Assembly: GCA_907165135.1 (NCBI GenBank)
Contig: OU015568.1
Coordinates: 7,688,001 to 7,752,000, forward strand
Source: Oikopleura dioica
Taxonomy: Eukaryota > Animalia > Chordata
Length of the DNA: 64,000 nt
Direction of reading: 5' to 3'
The translations under genes and the position numbers were made by a program. Positions 1 through 11,510 of this stretch are shown piece after piece (the first letter of the stretch is position 1; each line of letters starts with the position of its first letter). The notes beneath the pieces are model-generated. The model did no database searches, was not told the DNA's origin, and worked only from the letters and a program-made list of their open reading frames with translations.

Positions 1-312
1 ACCTCGACCAAAGAATTGTATTTTCTTCACGTTCATACTCTCTACCTGCACTACTCATCCTCTCTTTTATTCGAAACTTAATTTGTACTTTTTACAAGAG
101 TTCAGCATTTTTTCGCAAATTTCTTTATTCTCGTTGATATGCGATAATCCCAAGGTTAAGTCATTAAGCTTGGTGGGTTGACAGTCGCTGCGGTCCTTTT
201 TGCTTTTGAGTTTTTTATGACGAATAATAAACAGGAAATGAATTTTCTTTCGGACAAAGGCGATATCTATTCTATAAGATAATTTACAGCAAATATACAG
301 GAAGTGTTTGAT

Positions 313-1281
313 TCAAAACTTGGTCGACCAAAATGGATGAGAAAAGATGTCTTCGAGTCGAATTCGCTTGATCTGGTCCGGGTGAAGCATTGAAGAGATA
401 AGGTCAGCAGCAGCAGGGTGAATTGCGCGAAGTTCTGGTCGGTTCGCGATCCATAAATTTCGAGCGACATCGTCTTTGGTCGTGAATGGGAGTTTCCCGA
501 TGAGGATGATGAACAAGACGCAGCCGAGCTGCCAGACTGTGACACGGTCCTGGAAGTATCGCTTGAGGCGGAAGAATTCTGGAGGAAAGAAGAGTTCAGT
601 TCCACAGAATCGTTTTTGCTGAAGAAAGGAATAAGTGTCCTGTTGAAATGAATTGAGTCTTACCGGTTGAGTAGAATGGACCTTCGCGCAGCCAAAATCG
701 ATGAGTTTGACCTTGAAGTCGGTCAAGCTGATGAGAATGTTTTCATCTTTGATGTCGTGATGGCATACTCCGGCTTGTTTCAGCTTGAGCACTGTATGGA
801 CTAATTGAGCCATCACCCACTGCCCATGTAGTGCACTCATTCGACCGAAACGCGAAATGAATTGAAAGATATCGATCGAGTTCTTTGGCCGCTCCATTGC
901 AATCACTGAAATTACGAGTTAGGGAGTTTTATTCATTACTCTTATCATTTCAGCAGAAAATTTAGACATTTGCTTACCATAGTTCGCGATGGCCGACTGA
1001 TTCCTCTCGTAGTATTCGTAAAATTCTGCGATGTTTTCCGGGCACGCTCGAGACGCAGCCTCGTGGAGTTGAATTTCCATGGAGAGTCGATTTTTCAGGA
1101 TGTCATCTGGTCGCTTCGCAATTTGCTTCAGGACCAATTGCTCCTTCGTGAAATTATCTGTCGCCGCGTAAATGACACCGTTTGCCGATTTTCGTAACGT
1201 TTTGTTTACTGTGTACTTTGCTTCGAAGATTTGCTGGAGGAAGGGACTCTCTGGTTGATTGAAGAAGACTTGGTTTGTCAT
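313..1281 (-). CDS. PIM-like Ser/Thr protein kinase, 2 exons (1281-978, 905-313)
   Basis: A GT-AG intron at 977..906 joins ORFs 919-1281 and 313-906 in frame (..ANY|VIAMERP..). Motifs: LVLK (beta3 Lys), MEIQL (alphaC Glu), PIM-type hinge ERP, HHDIKDENILI, DFG, GTELFFPPE, VWQLGC. Confidence 0.88.
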
Positions 1282-1800
1282 TCTTTTTTGGATAGTGATT
1301 TTCTTTGTCTTTTCGTCTGATGATGCGAGTATTCTCGAGAAACTCGTATTTATATCTAGAAGGGAAGCTGTTACGCAGCGCTAGAGAGAGATCGCGCTTG
1401 GAGCCACTGATTCATCGAAATTGTCGGACAGTCAGCACTGGCGCCAAGGTCTGATAAGGCTTCCAATGCGTTCCAGCTGTCGCCCTGACGGCCTACTCAA
1501 AGGTGCCTAAGGCGTGAATTCTGTATCCAGCTGCTTCCGGGACAGAGATCAGAAGTGCGGCTGCATGTGATATGCATCTGGATCATGTCATTTTTGTTAC
1601 GCATAAGTGGAAATTGCATATGAGTAGAATCGCCTCTCCCTGGCCACTGCTGGTGTTCCCACTATTTTGAGCCTTATGTTTATCAATTTCGAAAAAAGGG
1701 TATCATTCGAAAAGGAATGTAAGCAATTGATTCTCTGGGGAGAGAGGAAAAACGCATGACGAGCTGCCAAAAGCTTGACAGCCTCAGAAAGAAAACTGAA

Positions 1801-2679
1801 ATGGATATCGTCAGGCCAAGGAAAGGTTCACCAGTCAGAAAAAAGTGCGTAAAAAAGAGAGACTGTTTGAATCAAATCAATATAACTTCCATGTCCAGAG
1901 AAAGACCGATAAGGTAACAAAACCAATGCTTCCAAATAAATAATTTCCAACTACACTGTAGTAAGTTGAATATTTAGCGAGTACGATAATGTCCACAACA
2001 CCGAGCTCACAATTTCCCGAGCAATTTCCTCTGATCCGAGTCAGAAAAGTAAAATCATTTCTCATTCCTTTCCATCCAGCTAACCTTTCAAAGTTCCATT
2101 CGCGGATAGTTCAAACTCTGCATATGCTCTGTACGATTTCCAGCGACGGAATCATCACGAGCTGAGCATCACCAGAGGATCCAAGTAGGTATATGTAGAA
2201 TTTTTTCATGGAAAACTCGGGGTTGGAGACAACTATGTTGACATTTTATTTTAGACTGAAAATCCATCAAAGAGGCTCTGTCTGGCACATGGCGGAGAAC
2301 GAGACGGGCGAAAGAGGATTAGTCCCGCAAAAGTAAAATTCCAGACCAAATTCTAGTTTATAATAAATTATCAGCTACATCGCGGAAGAAGACGATATTC
2401 TTGAATGTCCAGCTTTGTTCAAATACGAGACAAAATCAGCAAACCAGTTATCCTTCGAGGCTGGAGGTTTCTCAAACAGACAGAATAGCGATATTTATAT
2501 ATGATGATGTCTCAGATACGCTGCTAATCATCAACAGAATCAACGATCACTGGGTCGAGGGATTCGATACTAAAGGGAATCTTGGTCTCGTTCCTGTTGC
2601 TTACATCGACACTGGATGCTCGACGAGAAGAGTGACCTTGGAGAAATTATCAGTTTCAAAATCCACTCTCAGGAACTGA
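1801..2679 (+). CDS. Small tandem-SH3 domain adaptor protein (about 6 exons)
   Basis: Phase-consistent GT-AG splicing gives YALYDFQRRNHHELSITRGSKLKIHQRGSVWHMAENETGERGLVPQNYI and CPALFKYETKSANQLSFEAGDTLLIINRINDHWVEGFDTKGNLGLVPVAYI. Both carry ALY/F-D/Y, W and GLVPxxY SH3 signatures. Confidence 0.8.
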
Positions 2680-3164
2680 TCAAAACAGCAAGTACATATT
2701 GGTAGACAATTTCTATTCTGTTGACGATCCAGTAAAAGCCTTTGCTTGAAAGAAATCCGTGAAATCAACAAAGAATCTTCTTATTTTTGAAGAACTAAAA
2801 GTTTGATCAATCATTCTGGAATAAAAAAGAAGTACTACTTTTAAACATGTGTCTCATTATTTTCCTCATAGCGCGATTGAAAATGGATCGATCAAAATTT
2901 AGCATCTTAATTTTTTAAAATGACAGGCTTAATTGCATCGTAGTCGTAACATGCTTACTTTTTCCGGAGAGGACGATCAGTCGGTGTTGAAGATAAAAGA
3001 GAATGAGGCTGGCCGTAAGTTATTATTTTTAATTCGATGATGTTTATGAACGCTAAATCTTCATGACTCTTCACTTATCAGCAGTAAAAAGATAACGCTC
3101 CTCGCACTTGCACATTTCATTAGAGATTTTTTTATCAAGAGTTCGTGCTTTTTGTACCCGTCAA

Positions 3165-6100
3165 ATGGGTAGAAGGGTAAATTAATACTGAAAAAGAGAA
3201 ACCACCAAAAATTCTATGCCTCTTTTATGAACCATAAATTGGTGTAATGGTAGAAAAATCGACCCAATGATCGCCTTTTCTAAACATCTTTTTTGATGCA
3301 GAATAAGAATCTATAGGTCGCGGCGATCATTTTGATACCAAATCCATCGAAATCCGACTTGGTTTTCGGCATAAAGGTACCATTTGAAGTCCAAAAATGA
3401 GCACTAGAAATCTTCTAGCGCCCGGAAAGGGATGAATACTCCAGCCTATCAGTACATGCCTAGTTTCAGATTGTAGAGCATATTCAATTCTATCAGAATC
3501 TATTCTCAGATGTTGTGAACAGAGGCTCTTGTGAGAACCATCGCCCGAAGAAGCTCGAAAAACGATGCAAAATTGAGGCGAAATCGTTAGTCTGAGTTCA
3601 CGGGAGCCAAATTTGGCCTTGATTTTGCCCAATTTTTTGAGCTTCCTCGGGCGCTGGTTCTCACTAGAGCCCCTGTTCACAACTTCTGATGACAGATTCT
3701 GGTAGAATGGAGCCTGCTCTACAATCTTGAATTAGGAACGTACTGATAGGCTGGAGTATTCATCCCTTTCCGGGCGCTAGAAAATTTCTAGTGCTCTTTT
3801 TTGGACTTCAAATGGTACATTTATGCCGAAAACCAAGTCGGATTTCGATGAATTTGGTATCATAATGATCGCCACGACCCAGAGATTCTAATTCTTCAAA
3901 TAAGATGTTTAGAAGAGGTGATCGTGGGGTTGATTTTTCTACCATTACACCTAACCATAAAGCGTCTTTTTAGAGCCTTCTGCCACTTAGTTTGGCGGCA
4001 GGTAACTCGATAACTGATGTAACCTGTTCCACCTTTGCTGACTGCTTTGAACCGTTCTTTGCTTCATGTGAGAACCTCGCCCTAGTCAACAACGTAACAC
4101 TCCAAGGAAACTGTGAGTGTTTGGAGGAGTTGTCCTACGAGCTTGTGGAGTTTGACCCGCCAACGATCATAGATGGCGTTTCGTATGATTTTGCCTGCAA
4201 GAAGCTTTTGCGTAAGGAACACAAATCTGATTTTTCTAATTTTTACTAGCATGCGATAAGCTTGAGCAAGAACAAGGTCCCTGTCCGGACTATTCTCAAT
4301 GCGAAATGAGTCAAGTCAACGGCGAAATCGTTGCTACATGCGAGTGCTACCCCGACTACTTTCCTTCCAACTCCAGCGCTTCTGCCGTTGTCGGCAAAGA
4401 TGGCGTCACTTGCGAGCGCATTGATGTCTGCAGCGACTACGATTGCTCCGGCATTCCTGATTCCGCCTGTGCTCCAATAACTGCAGATACAGCCGAATGC
4501 CTCTGCGATAGCAACTACGACTCCTACCAGAATATTGGCGGGACTTGGATGAAGCAAACGGGAAGTGATCAATTCTTTGAAAATACAGCTGTTGATCGAA
4601 AATGCGTGGATAAATTCCCATGCTTGAATGTTGAATGCTCCTATAGACAACTCTGCGTCACGAGCTTATTCGATGGTCTTCCTACAGCCATGTGCTCATG
4701 CGAACAGGGATACGAAAATGATTTGAGAAATTCCGATGGACGAGTGACTGTTGGTGAAAAGCTCGACCTCATATGCAGGGACGTCGACGAATGTGCCGAT
4801 CGAACTCTCAATGATTGCAAATCAACACAAACTTGTATCAACACAGAAGGATCGTTCGTCTGTGAGTGTTCTGACGGGTGGCTGGATAATTCTGACGAGT
4901 CGTCAAACATCCAAGTTCCGTGTATTCAATGCCAAGGGCCCCACGCGACCGAGTTGAATGGGCAGTGCACTTGTGGTGGGAACGCTACTTTGAGCAGTAA
5001 TGACGATTCACTCTGCGAGTGCCCTTCCGGCATGGCAATAAGTAGCGATGGAAACTCCTGCGTCGATTCTTGCGAGATAAGAGGCACTGTGCTTGAAAAT
5101 GGCGCTTGCGTTTGTGATCGTGGTCAGAGGCTACACAGTTGGGAGGAGGCCCATGGAAGATGTGGATGTGCGTCTGGATTCACGGTAAATTGATGAAATT
5201 TTAATTATAAGTTATCTCATCTTGAGCGCTCTATCCTTGGCGACTGTCGACTTCCCGAAGACAATTATGTTCATTGGGGTAAAGATTGGACGAGTTGTTC
5301 TGGTGGACAGCGTTCTCGAAAAGCGGCTACAGTTGTGTCGGATGAGACAACTTTAACCGAAGCTCAGCCAGCTGGCACTGGAACTGAGCTATGGTTCAGA
5401 AGAGGAAATACAACGAGAGAAACGATAACAGGATAAGTTGAAGAATTTTTTAAAGAATTTCTAAATTCGAATTTTTATGATTTTTGAACTTAAAAGCAGA
5501 GGCATGTAACGATCCATCTATCATCTGCACGGATTGGAATGCCGAATACGATGCTTCTGCAGGTCATTGCGTGTGCAAGACAGGCTTTGTGGAGTCACAA
5601 GACTGGGGCTGCGTTCCCTGGACCGAAGAACAAGCGAACATAGCCATCCTTGATGAGCTTGAGCGGCGATTACAATTGATTTATGATTCTGGCGTATTGG
5701 AAGACACATTTTCCGAAATGAATAAAACTGGTCTCGACAGGTTTTTGGAGAACACGGAAGAGAGGATGCTGGATCCAACGAAAGGCACGGGAAAGATAAC
5801 TAAGCCATGTTCTAAACTCTCTCTGCAATTTCACGGCAAAACAATTGACGGTATTCTTTACTTTAGTCGTGCGAACTCTATAAGTCTATATAGAAATCGA
5901 TTACATATTCCACGAATATACAGAACTTGCGGCAAAGCCAGACAGCGACATTTCTGCTATCGGCGATCTAGCCGTGATTTATGATCGATTCCAGCGCCTC
6001 TACACCTGGAACTGCCCCGCAACCGGCTACGGAAAATACCCGCTCATTCCAGACCACAGCACTGATGTCGCGTGCCTTACAAAAGATGAATTTAAACTCT

Positions 6101-6177
6101 TCCTAAAATGCAGACTGCACTATCGATACAACCGATTGATTGAGGCTATTGCTCCAACGCATCCGATTGATTGGTGA
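3165..6177 (+). CDS. Secreted cysteine-rich protein with multiple EGF-like repeats, one Ca-binding EGF and a TSP1-like segment
   Basis: ORFs 3992-4249, 4306-5193, 5484- and 5974-6177 join through short introns. DVDECADRTLNDCKSTQTCINTEGSFVCECSDGW is a cbEGF and WGKDWTSCSGGQRSR is TSP1-like. A putative 12-nt first coding exon (3165-3176, MGRR) splices to SLLPLSLAAG at 3974 and gives a signal peptide; this 5' exon is inferred. Confidence 0.8.
3239..3953. mobile_element. Non-autonomous hAT-type foldback element (MITE), ~715 bp
   Basis: ~215-bp imperfect terminal inverted repeats starting T(T/A)GGTGTAATGG. Exact 8-bp target-site duplication ACCATAAA at 3231-3238 and 3954-3961. No transposase-like ORF. 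Confidence 0.85.
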
Positions 6178-6720
6178 AATCCTTGACCTTCATTCGTTGT
6201 TCAGGCGAAAACGATAAAGAATTGCATCTGTCTGGGCCTCTCATCTTTGCCTGTTTCAGGGAGGTCTAGGTGAATTCAATTCTATGGCAACAAAAACATA
6301 TTTCTCTCTTTCTTTTATTTTTGTGACTTCAAATATACACATATACGATATATATCTAAAAAAGCAGCTTTTACATCTTTCTGTCAGTTTGGAATATTCT
6401 TCAGATTGCAATACAGAGAGGCAGCTTCAGTCACTGAATGTAACATTCGACGCATTTCAAATTAATCGCTGTTTATTCATTTTTATTCTCAATGTCAACG
6501 ATTTCAATTATTGACCCCTCAAGACTCGAGGCTCGAGTGTTTATTCTCATTGTGTACTGAATAACGTTATATTGCCGTTGTATATTAAATGAGATTCAGC
6601 ATACTGGCAGCAATCCGTGATGCCTTTTCATCTGCGAAATGATATTGTAAATATTCAATGAGCAATTGCTATTTAAATTCGTCTGCCGTTCTTTAAGCAT
6701 CACCTTAGAAATTGTATCTG

Positions 6721-7006
6721 ATGAAAAAATTACTGTTTCTAACGATTATTTCGACGGCGATGGCTGCTTTCAACCCTTTTCTTTAGTAAGTTGTAAAGAA
6801 ATATGGAAATTTATGTTGAATTTAAAAGTGAGGTTCCAGAAGAAGGTGGGGATTATTACTATGACTTGCCTGGAGAAGATCAAAAAGAGGATGAAAATGC
6901 AGCATTGATGAAGCTTTTTATGGACTCGAAGCATACGCACGATGGGATCCATTTTCCGAGCTTGGAATTTTCAACGATAAAGCCAAATATTTTTACTGAG
7001 AATTGA
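6721..7006 (+). CDS. Small secreted acidic Tyr-rich protein (~80 aa, 2 exons)
   Basis: MKKLLFLTIISTAMAAFNPFL signal-like exon (6721-6785), 43-nt GT-AG intron (6786-6828), then in-frame YEVPEEGGDYYYDLPGEDQKEDENAALMK...TEN*. AATAAA follows near 7016. Confidence 0.7.
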
Positions 7007-7162
7007 TAAACTTCGAATAAAAGAAACAATTACTGCAAGAAATAAAAAAAAAAATGAGTTTTGTTGAGGAAAAGTTTGAGAAAAATTTAGAAGAAAAAAT
7101 CTCTAGAACATGCCTTGAGCACGAGTTGTTTTGCCTCCAACTCGTCAGTTTTGAGTTTTGCG

Positions 7163-9077
7163 ATGGCGACGGTGCAGCATGCGAATTTTATCGAGTACGG
7201 GCGCCGCGGGCCTCGTGGCGGAGCGCAGTCCAACGAGGAGAGCTTCGATCCCGAGTTATTCGGCAAGTGTCAGACTGTGCAGACTTCCATGCGTGGCGTG
7301 AAGATTCTTCAGCAGAAGGAATTTGATCGCATCCAGTCTTCGCTGACGGCCAAGGAAGTTCAGCGAAAGGAACTGGAAGCAAAGGAGAAGGAAAAGCAAC
7401 GTCTGAAGGAGCTCTCCCGTAAACAGGTAACTTTTCAATTTTCGATCCTCCTTGATTTCCAAATTTCAGGTCAGCACTTGGAGCAACACAATCGCCGGCC
7501 AGCACAAGGCGAAGCTGGAAGCGAAGAAGCTCAGAGAAGAGCGCGAAGCCGAGATCCGCCACCAGGAAGATATCAAGGAAGGTATCTACCAGGCCGAAAA
7601 GCGGCGCAAAGCAATCGAGCACGCCAGGCGACTCACCTTCAACAAAACCGACCGAGTGAAACAGTTCCACGGCGCACTTATCCTCACCGAGGTTCTCAAA
7701 GAAAGAGAAGCTCAACTTGCGCTCAAGAAAAGACGACAGGCCGCTCGAAATCAAAAGGTAACAAAGTATGTCTGAGGAATTGCGGCTAACTGTTTTTTTT
7801 TAGGAGCGAATTGATTTGGAAGCCACCCTTGAAGAAATCCTCGCAGCGAAAGACGTCGAGGCCCGAAATGAACTGACTCGACGTGTTGCCAGGAAAGAAA
7901 CGCAAAAGTACCAACTTGGCCAATACGCTCGAAAACAGGCAGCTGAGCAGGCTCTTGAGGACGAAAAACTTGTCGAAGCTGAGCTGATCAAGAATGACCT
8001 CGCTGCGTACCACAAGGAAAATGAGGTCAAGCAAGAGAGACTCGCTCTTAAAAAGAAAGAGATGATGGATACATATTTTGGTGAGTGAAATAACCTCACC
8101 GATCTGTTTTTTAAACTTTGATTTCAGCTCACTTGGAAGAAAAAAAGAAACTCCTCAAGCGAGCAAAAGCTATCGAAGAAGCTGAAACCCGTGAGGTCAG
8201 CATCTTCAAGGACTACAAGGTGCGAGTGGACAACATCAAGAAAGAAAAGCTTGCTGCCGAGTGGGCGCGCGACGAAGAGAAAACGAACAAGAACGAGGCC
8301 AACTTCTTGCGAATCAAGGCGGAGACTGAGCGAGCACAAGGTGCGCACTTCCAGCAAGTGCTCGCGCAGAAGACAGCCGAAGAAGACGCTAAAATCGAGG
8401 CCAAGGAGCGAAAGCATCGACAGGACGTACTCGAAATCTTTGCGAACGTCCAGCAAAAAATGAAGGAGCACGAGGACGAGCGCCAAGAACGTCTTGAAAA
8501 GGAGCGCGTCGAAGGTTTGGAAAAGTTCGCCGAGGACCGAAAATGGCACGAGGCAGAGTGTGCCCGTGCCGAGAAGCGCCGAAAGGCTGCTCGCAAGGTT
8601 TTGGACTTTAATAAAGTAGTTGCCAAGGACAAGATCGAGAGCGAAAAAGCAATTCGTGAGGTAAGCCAATTCACTCTCTTCCTTGATTCCAAACTCACTT
8701 GATTCTTAGACTGACTTGAACTTTGACCGTGGAATTATCATGAAAAACGTCGAGGACGAGTCCATATTCCAAAAATACGCTAAAGAAGTGATCGACGAAG
8801 CAATTGAGAAGGAGCGCAATCCTTATGCCCTGCAGCGAGTGGCCGACACTGGAAACGGCGGCGGCCGTGGGCCGAAATTCGAAGGCATCGGAGGACTCAG
8901 ACCTTCCTACATGACTGCTGATCTTGGAGGCAACCAAATGCCTAACAGGTAACATCAACTCGTTCAACAGTTTTTAATTCGTTCAATTCTAGAGCATCAC
9001 GTGCAAACGCGACGAAAGAAAGACTAGTCAAGCCTCTTCACATTGCTAAGAAGCGTCTCGGTTTTAGCCACTGGTAA
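7163..9077 (+). CDS. CFAP210: Cilia- and flagella-associated protein 210 (CCDC173) orthologue, coiled-coil
   Basis: Multi-exon E/K/R-rich coiled coil. Segments EYGRRGPRG, TWSNTIAGQHKAKLEAKK and FNKTDRVKQFHGALILTEVLKEREAQ, and the C-terminal GRGP..GGLRPSY..KKRLGFSHW, match my recollection of vertebrate CCDC173/CFAP210. Confidence 0.8.
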
Positions 9078-9118
9078 TCTCTTTACAACATGTACCACAA
9101 ATAAAGATATATATTTTT

Positions 9119-11279
9119 CTAATGATCCCAGTAGCATTTTGCGTAATTACTTGGAGGAATGGGTAGGCATTTGCCGAGCTTTTCGCAGCCAGGAGGCGCC
9201 CAGTGCATGACAGAATCGTCGCAGTAGTTGAGTTGTGGCTTTCCAAGAACAAGAGATTTTCTAGAGGATGAATAAGGAGATAGGGAAGTCAGGGCTTACT
9301 GATGTTCGGCAATAATCTTTTCTATAATCGGTCGTTGTTGTTGGTACTCAGCGGATTTAACAGGGAGAGGCAGCTTCTCACTAGGATCCTGTCCGATATT
9401 ATAAATAACGGGAGCCATAGAATGGTCGGTTTGAGCTTCTGTTGTCACATTCGGCACATTTTGGCCACGACAAAAGTGCCATTGTGAACTTGTCGTTGCG
9501 CCTGACCATGTGTAAACATGCATCTAGGGAATGTAAGCTAAGATCGAATACCAGTAGTCAAAATGGTTACTTTGTAGTCTCCATGGCGAACTGCCCCGAG
9601 AGTGTCTCCTCGGTAAAAGAAGTGAGTCCCTGTTGTTGAATCTCTAGGTTTTCGGTGATTTTTGAGCTAAAAAGATCATGGAATGATCAATATGATATTG
9701 ACAATATCAGGGGCTTTACCTTGACTAGATCCAACAAATTTTTGCCATCTATGATTCTATCTTCGGGAACAGGAACTCCAGCAAGATGAAGTCCAGTAGT
9801 AAACAAGTCCATCAATCCGGAGACATCATTGTTAACTTGATTTGGCTCCACGGTGCCAGGCCATGAAAGAATTCCGGGAACCCTCATTCCTCCATCAAAA
9901 GTTGTTTGTTTGCAACAGAGAAGAGGTCCGTTCGAGCCACATTGTTCGACAGGCCCTACACATGCGCCACCATTGTCGCTTGAAAAGACAATGATGGTTT
10001 CTTCGATGATCCCGAGAGATTTGACGAGCTCCATTATATTTCCAACAGTCCAGTCTAGCTCCATGATAGCTTCGCCTATTTTTCCACGACGCGATTGTCC
10101 GGCAAAAGCTAGAGAGGAATAAACCGGGGCATGCGAGGAATCTGGCGTGAAGAAAAGGAAGAATGGTTGCTGGTCATCGACTGATTTTTGAATAAATTCG
10201 AATGCTTTGTCCCTGAAAAGATATTTCTTCCTTTTAGATGGCTATCTTTTACCTCAGATTATTGGTGAAATTAGATCGTCCGCGATTTCTGTCAATTGGA
10301 ATTTCCTCATAATATCTGCCGATCATATCTTCATTCTCAAAAACCGGAATATTTGGCGTGTGCTTGTCATCATACGGTCCGAAATGACAATTAGGAGCTC
10401 CGAACCAGTAGTCAAATCCGTGCTTTAGTGGGAGATACTGTTCTCGGTGCCCCAAATGCCACTTTCCAACGAGTCCAGTTCGGTAGCCACTTTTCTGCAA
10501 AAGCTCGGAAAGTAAGATTTCTTCATCGGCAATGCCGCCGACGATGTTCTGGGGAGTGTATCCGTTTCGCATCTTGGCATTGTCAGTGTAGAAACCGTTT
10601 CGGACAGGTAGTCGACCTGTGAGTAGGGATGCTCGGCTTGGAGAACATAGTGGCGCAGCTGAATATACTTTGAATTGAATAGCATTCGAAGTTCAAAGTT
10701 TGAACTCCGTGACTCTGAGACTAAGAAATAATCAAAATCTTTGTCCCCAATTGGCACCTTTCTCACAGTATTTTACACGGCACCTTCGTCATTGACATGA
10801 TCCACAAGATTTTACGGTATGAAGTCAAGTAACCGTATAATCCCGAAATATCCCGCAAATCGATGTTATCTCGTAGAATACGACAAAACGCCTTTGCTGG
10901 GCAAAAATGTTGTCTGTTTGTATTTCCTATCTACGTGTCTATGTTAAAAAAAAGTGAAAGCCAAATAATTGTGGTCCTTTGAAAGAACCCACAAAACTTT
11001 CTTTTAATAGGTCTTCTTTCTGACAATTTAGTTAGGTATGTCTAAGCTTCTTATCCCGTAAAAAGCATCATTACCTGAATAGAAGTCGGTAAAAACGACA
11101 CCAGATCTAGCCAATTCGTCGATATTGGGTGTTTCCCGGTGCAAATTGCCGTTCACACCCAAGTCGCCCCATCCCATATCATCCATCAGCATGTAAATAA
11201 TGTTCGGCCTTGTTTTGCGATTCAGGCTTGCCTCAACTGAGCCACCCAAAATCAATCCCATAACGCCCCAAAGACGCAT
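9119..11279 (-). CDS. GALNS: N-acetylgalactosamine-6-sulfatase (lysosomal sulfatase)
   Basis: Signal peptide [13 protein letters not shown]; [17 protein letters not shown]; catalytic [12 protein letters not shown]; GKWHLGH; [12 protein letters not shown]; GRYYEEIPI; SDNG; [12 protein letters not shown]; C-terminal [20 protein letters not shown]. These match GALNS across the whole protein. Confidence 0.93.
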
Positions 11280-11510
11280 TTTTCGCAAAAACTCTTCTCT
11301 CTCTTTTTTCTTAGCGCAAATTTGAAGATCTCGGGTCTTTCCTGGAGCAAAAACGAATAAACAAACACGTTTATTTGTGTTTATAGTTTTCACACTCAGG
11401 GTAACCGTTTGATATTCATTTTTATCCTGCTTGACATATGATTGTAAGCTAGGATAACCTCCCTTTACTTTTAAGTTAAAATTTTTAACGAAGCTTGACC
11501 TTTTGAACTA

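Noticed and set aside
3835-3852. AGTCGGATTTCGATG resembles part of the Oikopleura spliced-leader sequence as I recall it
   Set aside because: It is a short, imperfect match inside a MITE arm, with no SL exon context, donor or Sm site; probably coincidental.
7188-8698. Long antisense ORFs over CFAP210 (188, 181 and 161 aa) and over the kinase, EGF and GALNS genes
   Set aside because: These are shadow frames expected from biased codon usage in coiled-coil or Cys-rich coding sequence.
9160-9195. Apparent frameshift near the GALNS C-terminus
   Set aside because: On recount the T run is four long, so GGC TGC GAA AAG CTC stays in frame (GCEKLGKC).
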